Below, piece after piece: positions 42,974 through 58,577 of a stretch of DNA of 64,000 nt. Source of the stretch: the human T2T-CHM13v2.0 reference genome, Homo sapiens; NCBI RefSeq assembly GCF_009914755.1, contig NC_060925.1; one strand, given 5' to 3'. Below the pieces are notes generated by a model. That model did not search any database and was not told the DNA's origin. It was given only the letters and a program-made list of their open reading frames with translations. The first letter of the stretch is position 1, and each line of letters begins with the position of its first letter. A program made the translations under genes and the position numbers.

Positions 42974-43417
42974 GCTCCATGACATTAATCTTGGCAACGA
43001 CTTTGTATATGACCACAAAAGCACAGGCAACAAAAGCAAAAATAAATAAATGGGATAACTTCAAACTAAAAAGCTTTTTCCAAAGCAAAGGAAACAATTG
43101 ACAGAGTGAAGAGACAACCTATGGAGCTGAAGAAAATATTTACAAACCATGTATCTGATAGAAGATTAATATGCAAAATATGTAAGAAACTCAATTGCAA
43201 AATGCACACACACACTCGCGTACAAACACACACACACACATATAACTCAATTTAAAAATGGGCAAAGAACCTGAATAGACATTTCTCCAAATAAGACATA
43301 TAAATGGCCAACAGGTATATTTAAAATATTTGACTAATCATCAGGGAAATGCAAATTACAACCACAATGAGATATTACCTCATACCTGTTAGAATGACTA
43401 CTATAAAAAAGATGAAA

Positions 43418-43720
43418 GGCTGGGTGCAGCGGCTTATGCCTGTAATCCCAGCACTTTGGGAGGCCGAGGCTGGCGGATCACGAGGTCAGGAGATTGAGAC
43501 CATCCTGGCTAACGCAGTGAAACCACGTCTCTATTAAAAATACAAAAAAATTAGCCACGCGTGGCGGAGGGTGCCTGTAGTCCCAGCTACTCAGGAGGCT
43601 GAGGCAGGAGAATGGCGTGAACCTGGGAGGCAGAGCTTGCAGCTTGCAGTGAGTCAAAATTGCACCACTGTACTCCAGACTGGGTGACAGAGCGAGACTC
43701 TGTCTCAAAAAAAAAAATAA
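43418..43720 (+). mobile_element. AluY/Sc-like element nested in L1
   Basis: ggatcacgaggtcaggagattgagaccatcctggctaac and gaatggcgtgaacc diagnostics; TSD aaaagatgaaa. Confidence 0.93.
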
Positions 43721-44053
43721 AAAGATGAAAGATAACAAGTGTTGGTAAGGATGCAAAGAAAAGGGACCACTGCACACTGTTGCTGGGAATGCGAATTGGT
43801 AGAGCCATTATGGAAAATGGTATGGAGTTTCCTCCATATGACACAATCCCACCACTGGGTATGTAGCCAAAAAAAAAAATGAAATCAGTATGTCAAAGAA
43901 ATGCTAAACTCCCATGTTTTTTGCAGCATTATTCACAATAGCCAAAATATGAAATGAACCTAGGTGTCTGTCAATGGACAAACGGCTTTCAAAAAAAAGT
44001 GGTATATACACACAATGAAATACTACTGAGTCTTTAAAAAGAAGGGAATCCTT

Positions 44054-44352
<299 letters not shown>

Positions 44353-44652
44353 CCAAAAAAGAAGAAGGAAATCCTGTCATTTGCAACAACATGGATGAAC
44401 CTGTAGGACTTTATGTTAAATAAAATAAACCAGGCATAGAAAGACCAATATGTGATCTCACTTATATTTGGAATCTAAAAACACTGAACTCATAGAAGCA
44501 GAAAGTAGAAAGGTAGTTACTAAGGACTGGAGGTGAGGTGTGGGAATTCGGAAGATGTTGGTCAAAGGATACAGAGTCTCAGTTAGGAAGAGTAAGTTCA
44601 AGAGATCTATTGTACCACATGGTCACTACAGTTTATAACAATGTATTATATA

Positions 44653-44877
44653 CAGATGATTCCTGACATAAAATGTTTCAACTTAGGATTTTTGACTATA
44701 TGATGGTGCAAGAGCCATATTTATTCAGTATAGATTTATGATGGGGTTATGCTTGGATAAACCCATTGTAAATTGGAAATATCGTAAGTTGAAAATGCAC
44801 TTTCAACTTTCAACATTTTCAGCTTATGATGATGGGTTTATCAGGATGTAACATCATTGTAACTTGAGGGGCATCTG
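44653..44877. mobile_element. MER47-like (TcMar-Tigger) MITE nested in the L1 3' end
   Basis: TA-cagatg...catctg-TA terminal inverted repeats with TA target duplication. Confidence 0.8.
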
Positions 44878-45721
44878 TACTTGAAAATTGCAAAAAGAGT
44901 AGCTTGTAAATGTTCTCATCACACAAAAAATAATAATGTGAGGTCACTGATATGTTAATTAGCTTAATTTAGCCATTTCACAAAAGTATAGATATATCAA
45001 AACATTGTGTTGTACACCATAAATATATATAATTTTTATTTATCAATTACAGTTAAATTCATACATACATACATATACACATACCCACCAAAAATAAAGA
45101 AAAAAGAAAATGAAAAAGAAGAATCTCTAGGAATAGGAATGAGAAGAAAAAACTGAATTTGTTTAAAAGCTACTCAGGCTCAATACCATTTTCTCATATG
45201 GATATAATCTGTGTAGAAAATTTGGGTTGTCACTAAAAATGGGATATAATTCCAATATAATTTAATTAGTAGTGTTATATATCTGGTTTGTATTTTTTTT
45301 ATGTCTTCAGATTATACCATACATTCCCAGAGGGCAGGGATCCTTTCCTATATTAATCTTCCATCACCTGAAGTATCTAGCAGAGGGCAGAGAGACACTC
45401 AGCAAATACTTGTTGATTCATTGGTTGATTCATTAGACCCCAAGGGGACACAATGAAAGTGCTCCCTCCCATGTTCCTCTCTGAATTCTATTTATCTCAT
45501 TACACTGGTGCATTCAAATACACAAGAAATAGCTAAGTCCCTTTGAGACTTCTGAGAGTGTGCTAGCATAGGGATTCAGTCATGAGTATATCTCATGAAG
45601 CCCATGGTTTTGTTGGGGGTGGGGGAGCAGATATTAAATAAAAATCACACAAATAAATTCAGGAAGAAAAGAATGTGGTACAATGAAAGGGCATGATAGG
45701 AATTGGAAAACTCCTTTAAGA

Positions 45722-46543
45722 GAACAGACACTTCTCAAAAGAAGACATTTATGCAGCCAACAGACACATGAAAAAAAATGCTCGTTATCACTGGCCATCA
45801 GAGAAATGCAAATCAAAACCACAACGAGATACCATCTCACACCAGTTAGAATGGCAATCATTAAAAAGTCAGGAAACAACAGGTGCTGGAGAGGATGTGG
45901 AGAAATAGGAACACTTTTACACTGTTGGTGGGACTGTAAACTAGTTCAACCATGGTGGAAGACAGTGTGGCGATTCCTCAGGGATCTAGAACTAGAAATA
46001 CCATTTGACCCAGCCATCCCATTACTAGGTATATACCCAAAGGATTATAAATCATGCTGCTATAAAGACACATGCACACGTATGTTTATTGCAGCACTAC
46101 TCACAATAGCAAAGACTTGGAACCAACCCAAATGTCCAACAATGATAGACTGGATTAAGAAAATGTGGCACATATACACCATGGAATACTATGCAGCCGT
46201 AAAAAATGATGAGTTCATGTCTTTTGCAGGGACATGGATGAAGCTGGAAACTATCATTCTCAGCAAACTATCGCAAGGACAAAAAACCAAACACCGCATG
46301 TTCTCACTCATAGGTGGGAATTGAACAATGAGAACACTTGGACACAGGAAGGGGAACATCACACTCCAGGGCCTGTTGTGGGGTGGGGGAGGGGGGAGGG
46401 ATAGCATGAGGACATATACCTAATGTAAATGACGAGTTAATGGGTGCAGCACACCAACATGGCACATGTATACATATGTAACAAACCTGCACGTTGTGCA
46501 CATGTACCCTAGAACTTAAAGTATAATAAAATATATATATATA
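45722..46543 (+). mobile_element. 5'-truncated L1PA (ORF2 C-terminus, 3'UTR and tail)
   Basis: ORF 45683-46324 ends ...[16 protein letters not shown] like L1 ORF2p; canonical 3'UTR to cttaaagtataataaa; possible TSD aagagaa. Confidence 0.96.
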
Positions 46544-48678
46544 AAGAGAATGACTTTGGAGCTGAGGTCTAGGTTGGGAGAACTTTCTAGGCCAGTCAAG
46601 GTTTGGAGCAAGCAGCCTGGGAGCCTAGAGACAGCCATGGTGGCCTTGGGGCAGGAACAGAGGCTAGAGATGTAGGGAGGGCCTTGGCTATGCCAGGTCT
46701 ATGTTAAAATTGAGTTTTCACATGTGCCATCTGTCATTAGATCAAATCAGAGACAGTTATTTCTTCAGGAAAATTTCACCTGCAAAGCTGTTTCCTCCAC
46801 TCAGAAGACTAGGGAACTTTGTAAATAATAGGTTATAGGAAGACAAGTTACAATTTAAAAAAAAGAATTTACAGCTTTTTTTCTTTACTGTTAATATATG
46901 TTCATTGTGAAAAAATACATTGAAAGTTCAGAAAAGCACAAAGAAGGGGAAAAATTGCTCATAATACTGTCACCAATGAATCTGAATCACATTGTACATT
47001 GTTTTAAAATATGCTTTTTAATATTCAGTGATATATCATAAACCTTTTTGATGTTTTAAAATATATTTCTGTTCTAGTTACAACTAAAAAACTCCCAAAT
47101 ATATAAGTAGATATAACTATACACATGGAGATATAGATATACATATAGATAGAGATACAACATAATGATGAGGAATGAAGATAAATTCAACCTCCCCACA
47201 GCTTAATGTCCTTAACAAAACTTCCCAGGGAGATGGAACACTTCTGGTCCATTTGCCTGAAGTGTCTGTCCCTTTCCTAATGTTCTCTCCCCTTGTCATG
47301 GAAAAAGATGCCAATTTTCCCCATACAGCTTTAGAAAGGTATCTTATACAAGTTTCATGAACTCGTGACTCTGCTTGCTGAAATGCCATTTGAATTGGCC
47401 TGTGGTATTATGCTCAAACATTTCTTTTCTTTATCTTTGCTCTCCAGTTTTTGAAAGGGAAGGAAAGGCAAGGAAATAAGTCAACTTAACAAAAGTCCCA
47501 AACAGTAAACATGGACTTTGAAAAAACTGTCTTCCTATATATCCTTAAATAGAAATAGGATCCTCAGGAAACACTATACATTTCCATATTTATACCCACT
47601 TAGCCCCACTTCATGGTTCATTTTTTCATTTTATATATTTTTGTGAGGGCCTGCTCTGTGCTATTATCTAAGCTACGCTCTGATCACACAAAGATGAATA
47701 AGACAGAGTCCCTGTCCTGAAGGAGCTCGAACACCTGTGGAGAAGTGAGCATATAAACAGATAATTATAGACAATGTCAAGGAGTCAATAAACACAGTCC
47801 CACAAAAGGGACTCCCACAAGAGACCCACAAGAGGCCATCTGACAGTCTGATAGTGGGGGTGGAGAGATGGTCAGAAAGGGTGTGGAGGAGAAACCCTTG
47901 AGCTGAGTGAAATAAGTTGGATTCTTTGGTGCAAACTCAATGGTTAAACTTGCACACAAGGAAAATGCTCTAAAATCAACAGACAAATTAGGAAGTGGTT
48001 TTTCTCCTTAAAAAAAGTTCTATCCTTCCCAAAGCATACTGTGTCTGCACGCTCCGATCACCAAAAGGCTGTGATAACCACAGAAGGGTTATCACCCATG
48101 CTAGAATACTAGAAACATAGTCACATGGGTGATCTATTTATAAATGAACACCATGATAGATTATTTAAAAGTCACTGAGGAAAGGAAGCAGAGATATTGT
48201 TATATTTATGAGCTGACATTATTCTTGGGCCAGACCCTGGCTACACATTTAAAAAGCTATATCTCATTTAATACTCACCACGACATCATGAGGTAGGTTC
48301 CATCTGCACAACTGGTCTGTCTACTTAGACAGTATTTTGATGTCCATTTTATTTAAAAGGAAATTGAAGATTAGAGCGTTAACTGTTTTCCTCAAGATGG
48401 CACAGTTGTTAAGTGAAATAAATGGGATTCAAATTTAAGTGCACCCCAAATAATACTATATTAAAATATGGGATTTTTCATTAAACTCATTTAAAAGTGC
48501 TCATTTTTGTTAAGAGAAGAGGTCCTTCAGAACCCCTTCCCTTAGTTTTCTGGTGAGCTCTATGCTAGAAATCTCTGGTAATTAAAGATGAATTAAAAGT
48601 AAGACTATATCAAGCTACTTCTTGTATCTGTGTCAGGACACAGAAATCACATCTCAGGGCAAGATCTTCTGTTATTAA

Positions 48679-48912
<234 letters not shown>

Positions 48913-49364
48913 TGATCTGGAAATGTGGGGCAAACATGAACATGCTTCAATTCGTAAGAAAAAAAGCCTAGGTTGAATGGGACGTAGAACTGGCTAATTT
49001 CTGAGTCCCCACCCAATCATTGAATTAAAAATTATGCGGTTAAGAGTTTCCTGAAACCTTCCTGGTTGACTTGTCCTACTGTTTCCCATGATCAAAGGTA
49101 ATAAAAGACTAAATAGCTAATAATATTCATTTTCTTTAATGCATTCAGGGGAATGTTACCTCCAATGATGATTATACCAGGTCTCTGCAATCATTCGTTC
49201 TTTAGAGATACATCTCTGAAATTACAAATAGATATCAAATTTATAAAAACATGCATTAAAAATTTTCATTGAAACATTTATTAAAAATTAAAAATGCTAA
49301 TTAAGCATTTAGAGGCACATCCCATGGTTTATGAAAGTGTTTCTCCAGTTTAATTTTTTGCTTA

Positions 49365-50016
49365 AAAATCAACTCATAATGGATAAAAGACCTAAACATA
49401 AGACCCAAAACCATAGCTCCTAGAAGAAAACACAGGAGGAAAGCTCATTAAAGTTGGTCTTGGCAATGATTTTTTGGATATGACCCCAAAAGTTGAGGCT
49501 GCAAAAGCAAAAATGAATAAATGGAATAATATCCAACTAAAAAGTTTCTGGACAGCAAAGGAAGCAATCAACAAAATGGAAAAATAGCTTACAGATTGGG
49601 AGAAAATATTTGAAAACCATATATCTGATACGGAGTTAATATTCAAAATACAACTCAATAGCAGAGAAGGAAATAACCTAATTTAAAAATGGGCAAAGGA
49701 CTGAATAGAGATTTCTCCAAAGAAGACATAAAAATGGGGCCAAGGGCAATGGCTCATACCTATAATCCCAACACTTTGGGAGGCCGAGGTGGGCGGATCA
49801 CTTGAGGCCAGGAGTTGGAGAATAACCTGGCCAATATGGCAAAACCTTGTCTTTACTGAAAATACAAAAATTAGCCAGGTGTGGTGGTGCACTCCTATAG
49901 TTCCAGCTACTGGGGAAGCCGAGACATGAAAATCACTTTAACTGGGAGGCAGAGTTTGCAGTGAGCCAAGATCATGCCACTGCACTCCAGCCTAGATGAC
50001 AGAGCAAGATCTGTCT

Positions 50017-50052
<36 letters not shown>

Positions 50053-50210
50053 CCAACAGGCCAACAGGTATATGAAAAGGTATTCAACATCACTAATCAT
50101 CAGGGGAATGCAAAGCAAAATCACTATAAGATATCACAGACAGCTATTATCAAAAAGACAAGAGCCAACAAGTGTTAGCAAGTGTGTGGAACAAAAGCCA
50201 ATCCTTGTAG
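49365..50210 (+). mobile_element. L1M ORF2 fragment interrupted by an Alu
   Basis: aatcaactcataatggataaaagacctaaacataagacc...cactaatcatcagggg. Confidence 0.85.
49737..50051 (+). mobile_element. AluJ-like element with a long pure polyA tail
   Basis: ggccaagggcaatggctc...ctgtctc followed by about 34 A. Confidence 0.92.
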
Positions 50211-50649
50211 AGAAACTTTTGTTTAAGGATTAAGCAATTAACGAAATAAGACCTCTCAAACCAGCATCCATCAATGTTAACAGCAACATCAACAATCATT
50301 TATTGTGTATTTTCCATAGGCCATTGTTCTAGGGCTTGGGACCTCACAAAAATAGGAGACTCAGTTTGCTGAGTCTGCATTAAAAACTGCCTCTGGGAGA
50401 TTTTAATCTAGTTGGAGATACAGGCCAAACACGAAGAAAGGAGATATAACTCTATGAGACAATGCATGCCCACACAGGTGAGAGCCACCAGAGTTCAGAG
50501 AAAGAGTGAAATAACCAAGCACAGAGAATAAAGGACACAAAGTGCATCTCGTGCTTTCTTCTTCAGTCCCACAAGTCTAGGTGAGGTCAGCCTCCCACTG
50601 CCTCCCGTAAAGCTGTGGATTTTCCTAGACAGCCAATTGTACTATTTCT

Positions 50650-51048
<399 letters not shown>

Positions 51049-51631
51049 TAATATTTGTTAGGTTTTAGGAATTGAACAATTTCATATTAGGCATAAAGGA
51101 ATTGCAGGGGAGGAATGCATTCTACCCTTTCTCCCACCACACGCATACACTACACATCCACTTTAAAATATATATCTGAAAGAGAATATATAAGAAAGAA
51201 AGTATAATGAGTTTCTTATGAAGTTTGTGAATATGGATTTTTTCTCTTTTCTTCAATATTTGCCCCTATCATAGGTTCCTAGGAATTACATTTTCTGTGG
51301 TGCCCAAAGTAGAGACAGGTACATAGGTATAAGCCCGTGCAGGCAGCTGCATGCTCAGTAAAGGCACCAAGGCTGGTGGCCTTTTGTCTGAGTGACAAGT
51401 ACCCCGTGTGCCCACAATTGCCTTTTCTACATTGGGCCTGAACAGCAGTCTCCCTCTATGGTTGGCAGGTTTATCAACTGCAGTGACTATGTGTTATTTT
51501 TATTTCTCTGGCTCATAATAATAGTCAATTCAAGTTATATCAGAGTCGTGTCTGAAATATTCTCTCTTCCAATAAGCCTTCTATAGAATATATCAGTGCA
51601 GTGATGTTTTCTGCCTATAACAACCACTATT

Positions 51632-51928
51632 GACTGGGTGCGGTGGCTCACGCCTGTAATCCCAGCACTTTAGGAGGCCGAGGTGGATCATCCAAGGTCA
51701 GGAGTTCGAGATCAGCCTGACCAACATGGTGAAACCCTGTCTCTACTAAAAATACAAAAATTAGCCGGGCATGGTGGTGAGTGACTGTAGTCCCAGCTGC
51801 TTGGGAAGCTGAGGCAGGAGAATCGCTTGAACCTGGGAGGTGGAGGTTTCAGTGAGCCAAGATCATGCCATTGCACTCCATCTTGGGCAACTAGAGTAAA
51901 ACTCCATGTCAAAAAAAAAAACAAAAAA
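51632..51928 (+). mobile_element. AluS
   Basis: gactgggtgcggtggctcacgcc...actccatgtcaaaaaa. Confidence 0.93.
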
Positions 51929-54577
51929 CCACTGCTTCTCCATTGTCTTAGTGGGACTGGCATCCTCTCCACAAACCCTATTAGCCTAGAGCTCATTAAA
52001 TGTCTTCACATTCGAGAGCCATAAACCCACGTTTTGTTCCCATCACATGCAAGGCATGGATGTTATCCATTAATAATTTTTCATTTAATAACAAAAAAAT
52101 AATAGAACTTAAGAAATAGTAGATTTCTTTCCGTTAAATTTGGAGATGTATTTTTGGAAATGGCTTCCTGAGCAGTATCTCTGCTCTGAATTTGGGGCTA
52201 AGATGAGTTTCGCTGTACAGTTGAACCAGTGGGTTCTTACAGAGAGAATACATATTCTCCAGGTATGAATAGAATACATGCAACTTTAATTGCATCTACC
52301 ACTGGCCACAGTGCCCCTGAATGAGTCCTGTAAGTGAAAAGGTAATTTTGAACAATGTTTCAAAATTGACACATCTGCTTAAAAATTATTTCCTTTTCTT
52401 ACAAATAACTTGGTTATCAAAACGAGTAATTTACTGAAATATATATAAACTCCAACTGTGACGTTAAACAATGGATTATAATAAAATAAAGAAACGGAAA
52501 AATAACAGCTATATAAAGACACTTGGCTGGAAGTAATCAAATCAAGTCCGTTTTTTTATCCTTAAATAATTCTGTGATCCTGGCTCCCGATAAGAGGAAA
52601 TTGTCTTTCCAAAAGGCATAATAGCCTCCTAGGGATTTGCTTTCCTTTGAACAATGAAGAGGGAGGAAAAGGTGTCATTGGGGATTTAAATTTAGGAGAC
52701 TTGTTTGTACTTAAACTTGGCTTAATAAGTGTTCTTTAGAGCTTGTTTTTCTTTTTGTTATTAAAATAAAACTTTTAAATTTTGTAACTCATCTGTCAAT
52801 GTAATTCATAAAAATGAATTTTCACAAAAACAGTCTTTTTCTAAAATAAAAATAGAAAAATTATGTTTCTCTTATAAAAGACTCATACCAGAAAGACATA
52901 AAGAAGAAAACAATCATCCAAAACAACCACTATTAACATGTTGGTATGCTTTTAGAATTTTAAATTCATATATTCACAGATAATTTTCAACAAAAATAGG
53001 TTTAAGCTTTACTTTTGTATTTTAGTTTTTTAAGTTAAGTCATATATTAAGGACATATTTTCATGTTAATAAATATGTCTCTATCATTCTTTGTGGTGGC
53101 TGCATAATATTTCATTGTAAAATGCACCATCATGTATTCAAAATATCCCATATGGATGAAAATCTTTCTATTTATAAATTCTTGCTATCATACACAAAAC
53201 TGCAAAACATTCTAGAATATGTGTCTTTGCCTATATTTGTCCCATAATTTCTCTTGGAAAATTATTAGAAGTGAATTTACTAGACCAAAGTATGTGTGCA
53301 CTTGAAATATTGACAGATATTATTTAATTATCCTTCAAATAAAAGTATACATTTGAACTCTTGCCAACAGTATATGATGGTGACCATTCCCCTACTCCTG
53401 TTCCAACATTTTCCAGTTTAAGAAACCTGGCCAAGCTGGTAGAGAACAACAACAACAAATCTCATTTTTCTAACTTTAATTACTATGGAGCTTACCCAAT
53501 ATATAATGTTTGGGGAGTAACACAAAAAACTTAGGACATTGCATAAAGATGTCCTTGGATGTCACCTCTTGCCACTTCACAGCTTGAAGACTTTGGTGCA
53601 GTCCCTAGCAGTGAGTCATGAAAGGTGGCAGGCTCAATAAAGGTGAAAAATAAATAAAGGACTTCTGCTTTCCAGTCTAGCATGTAAGAATATTAAAGAT
53701 TGTCACTCCATGTAACAATAAGTAAAAAGCTGAACAAACTGAAAAATCAGAAGCTTTTCTTAGATCCATAAGAGAGGCAAGGTCACAGGGAAAACTGCTG
53801 CCACCACCCCCACCCCCTACCGCCAAATTAAAAAGACTAACAGGAGAATAGAGAAAATCACAACTTACTGAAGTAATAATCTCTATGGGAAACAGTGCAG
53901 GATACATTATGCCTGGCTATCAGTAAAAAATTATAAGACATACCAAAAAGCCAAAAGCACATTTGTAAGAGAAAGAGCAAGCATCAAAACCAGACTCAGA
54001 TATGGCAGGGATGTTGGAATTATCAGATCAAGATTTAAAACAACTACGATTTATATGCTAAGGGCTCTCATGGATAAAGTAGGGAGCATGCATGAATATA
54101 TGGATGATGTAAGCAGAGAGATGGAAGAAAGAACCAAAAAGAAATGATAGAGATAAAAATCAACATAACAGAAAGGAAGAATGCCTTCAATGGGCTTACT
54201 AGTAGACTGGAGACGACTCAGGGAAGAATCTCTGACGTTGAGACTATCTTAACAGAAACCTTCAAATCTGAAAAGCAGAGTACAAAGACTGAAAAAACCC
54301 AGAACAGCTACAAAGGATATAATATGTGAGTAATGGAAATACCATAAAGAGAAGAAAAAGACAAAGGACTAGAAGGTTATCTGAAACAATAACAACTAAT
54401 AATTTCCCCCAAATTAATGCCAGACACCAAGCCACAGATACAGAAATCTCAGAGAACATCAAAAAGGATAAATCCCCCCGCAAAATACCCGTAGGTTTAT
54501 CACTGTCAGACTACAGGAAATCAAAGATAAAGAAAAAAATCCCAAAAGAAGCCAGAGGGGAAAAATACCTTACTTAG

Positions 54578-55040
54578 TATCTTAGTCCATTTTGTATTGC
54601 TATAAAAGAATACCTGAGGATGGGTAATTTATAAAGAAAGGAGAGTTATTTGGCTCACTGTTCTGTAGACTGTATAAGAAGCATGATGCCAGCATCTGCC
54701 CCTCTTCTGGTGAGGCTTTTGTGCTGTGTCAAAAAACATGGTGGAGAAGGTCAAAGGGGAAGTGGGCACATGTGAAGAGGAACCAGTCCTGAGGGGCATC
54801 CTGGCTTTACAGCAACTCACTCTCAGAGGAAACTAATCCATTCCTGTGAGAACTAAACGAGTCTCACCAGAGTGAAGCCCACTCACTACCACAAGAATGG
54901 CACCAAACCATTTGTACCAGATCCACCCTCATGACTGAAACACCTCCCACTGGGCCTCACCTCCCACCACCACCACAATGGGGATCAAATTTTAACACAG
55001 GATTTGATGGGGACAAACAAACCATATCCAAACCATAGCA
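54578..55040 (-). mobile_element. MST-family (MaLR) solo LTR
   Basis: tcttagtccattttgtattgctataaaagaatacctgag...catatccaaaccatagca; ctta(g/t) flanks. Confidence 0.88.
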
Positions 55041-55490
55041 CTTATAGAGGAAAAAAATAAGAATTGCATCCTACTTATCTTAAGAACCTTTCAAGCAAGA
55101 AGAGAATACAGTGAAATATTTAGAATTGAAGTAAAAAAAACAACAACAACCAGGCTAGGATTCTGTACCCTGTGAAATAATCCTTCAAAAGTGAGGGAGA
55201 AATACTTTCTCAAACAAAGTTGAAAGAATTTCTTGTCAGTAGGCCTGCCTTGCAAAAAATATATTTAAAAGTTCTTTAGAGAGAAGGAAAATGAGGAAAA
55301 CCACAAAACTCAGATGAGAGATATCAAAGAACTAAATAAACTGAAAGATATTTCATGTTTACGAGTAGGAAGACTCAATGTTATTAAGATATCAATTCCT
55401 CCCAACTTGATCTTTAGATTTAATGCAACCTCAATCAAAATCCCAACAAGTTATTTCGTCGATATCAACAAACTGATTCTAAAGTTTATT

Positions 55491-55800
55491 TGCTACTAAG
55501 GCCTAAATGTTTGTATGTCCCCCAAATTCATATTTCGAAACCCCCAGGGTAATGTGGGGCCATTGAGAGGTGATTGTACCATAAGGGAATTAGTGCCCTT
55601 ATAAAACAGACCCCACAGAGCTCACCCCTTCCACCGTGTGACGACACAACTAGAAGTCACCACCTATGAACCAGAGCACAGACACTAAGTCTACTTATGC
55701 CTTGATGTTGGATTTCTCAGCCTCAAGAACCATGAGAAATAAATTTATAAGCCGCTCAGTGTAAGGTATTTTGCTATTGCAGCCCAAGTGTATTAACACA
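55491..55800 (+). mobile_element. MLT1-family (MaLR) LTR
   Basis: aatgtttgtatgtcccccaaattcatat...gaaataaatttataagcc...gcagcccaa. Confidence 0.8.
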
Positions 55801-58112
55801 ATATTGCCAACACAATATTGAAGGAGAAGAACAACGTTGAAGTACCAATACTACCCAACTTCAAAAGTTACTATAAAGCTACAGTAATCAAGGAAGTGCA
55901 GTATTGGTGAAAAAGTGCACAAATAGATCAATGGAATAGATTAGAGAGCCCAGAAATAGACCAACATAAAGTCAACTGATCTTTGATAAAGGAACAAAGG
56001 CAATACAATGGGGCAAAGATAGTCTTTTGCACAAATGGAGCTGGAACATCTGAACATCTACACGCATAAAAGATCTGGACATAGACTTTACACACTTCAC
56101 AAATTTTAACTCAAAATGGAAAATTTAATGCAAAACTATAAAACTCCTAGAAGATAACAGGAAAAAACCTAGATAACCTTAGATATAGTGATGACTTTGT
56201 AGCTACAACACCAAAGGCACAATACATGAAAGAAATCATTGATTAAGACGGACTTCATTAACTTTAAAAACTTCTGCTCTGTGAAAGACAATGTCAAAGA
56301 AATGAAAAGACAAGCCGCAGGCTGGGAGAAAAATTTGCAGAAGATGCACGTGAGAAAGCACTGTTATCCAAAATATAAAAAGATATTTAAAACTTAACAT
56401 TGAGAAACAAACCACTCAGTTAAAAAGTTGGTCAAAGATCTTACAAGACACCTCACCAAAGAATGTGTGCAGCTTACAAATGATCACATGAAAAGATGCT
56501 CTGCATCATGTGTTATCAGTGAAATACAAATTAAAAGAACAATAAAATACCACTATACAGCTGTCAGAATGGCCAAAATCTAGAACACTGACAACACCAA
56601 ATGCTGACATCCTTTGTGTGACAACACAAAGGATGTAGAACAATAGGAACTTTCATTCACTGCTAGCGGGAATGAAAAATATTACAGCCACTTTGGAAGA
56701 CCGTTTGGCAGTTTCTTACAAAACTAAACATAGTCTTATCATTCGTTCCAGAAATCACACTTCTTGGTTTTTACCCAAAGGAGTTGAAAACTTATGTCCA
56801 CACAAAAATGTGTGTATGAATGTTTATAGTAGCTTTATTCATAATTTCCAAAACTGGGACGCAACCAAGATTTCCTTAAGTGGGTGAATGGATAAACTGG
56901 TACATCCTGACAATGGAATGTTATTCAGTGCTAAAAAGAAATGAGCAATCAAGCTTTGAAAAGATGTGGTGGAAACTTAAATTCAAATTACTTGAAGTTA
57001 AAGAAGCCAGTCTGAAGAGACTGCATACTAGACAATTCCAACTATATGGCATTCTGGGAAAGGCAAAACTATGGAGACAGTAAATATACTAATGGTTGCC
57101 AAGTTATGGTAAGTGGAGGAATGAACAGGCGTAGCACAGAGGATTTCTTGGGCAGTATGATAACATAATGGTGGACACACATCATTGTACATTTGTCCAA
57201 ACCCATAAAATACACAACACCGAGAGTGAACCCTAATGTCAACTATGGACTTTGAGTGATAATGATGTGTCAATTATGTTCATCAATTGTAACAAATGTA
57301 CCACTCTGGTAGCAGATGTTGATAATGGGGGAGGCTATGGATGAGTGGGGGCAGGGGATACACAGAAAACTTCTGTACCTTCTGCTCAATTTTGTTGTGA
57401 ACCCAAAACTGCTCTAAAAATAAAGCCTATTAAAAATAATTAAATGAAAATATAGGTGTCTAAGACACAAACACTGACTGTTCCCTGGGTTTCACGGCTG
57501 CTGCTTTTGTACTTGCTCACCTTCTATCTGCAGGACTGGTCAGTTGGCTTGTTTAGCAAATTAGGGTCTTTTCATAACCCTGTGTGCCAGAGACTGCATT
57601 GCTAGAAGCACACTAAATTCAAAGAGAGGAATTCTGGTCTGATAAACGTGAATTTGAATATAATTCTTAAAAAACTTAATATGTATTTTGGAGTAATACT
57701 TTGACAACCGAATATCTTGGTTACCAAAATGAGTCACTGATTGAAATATATGCATACTCCAACTGTGATATTAAACAATAGATTATAATATAATAAACAA
57801 ATGGAAAATAGCAACTGTCTAAAGTCAGTTAGCTGGAAAAATCAAATCAAGTCCAATTTTTTAATCCTCAAATAATTATATGATCCTGGTTTCTAATAAC
57901 AGAGAATTGTCTTACCCAGAGGTTTAATAGCTTCCCCGAGGATTTACTTAAGAGATAATGGGGATCCTGCAATGACCCTAAATGAAACTTTGGGATCCCA
58001 GAGGGCAGTAATGCATGACAGTTTAGTTTTAAGTGATGTTATCCAAGGGGCAGAGTGGTTCGTTCTTTCTAAATGAAGTGGTCTGCTGGCAATACCTAAA
58101 CACCTTTTATGA

Positions 58113-58577
<465 letters not shown>

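Larger units (their letters stand above)
53658..57445 (+). mobile_element. Old L1MC/L1MD-type element, internally deleted, with nested LTRs
   Basis: ORF1/ORF2 remnants (IGRLN-like VGRLNVIKISIPPNLIFRFNA); 3' end ctgtaccttctgctcaattttg...ctctaaaaataaagcctattaaaaa. Confidence 0.85.

Noticed and set aside
45683-46324. 213-aa ORF (and the 181-aa ORF at 9853-10398) as novel genes
   Set aside because: Both are L1 ORF2p C-terminal fragments from truncated elements.
46378-46400. G-quadruplex-like run ggggtgggggaggggggaggg
   Set aside because: This is the standard polypurine tract of the L1 3'UTR and is not locus-specific.
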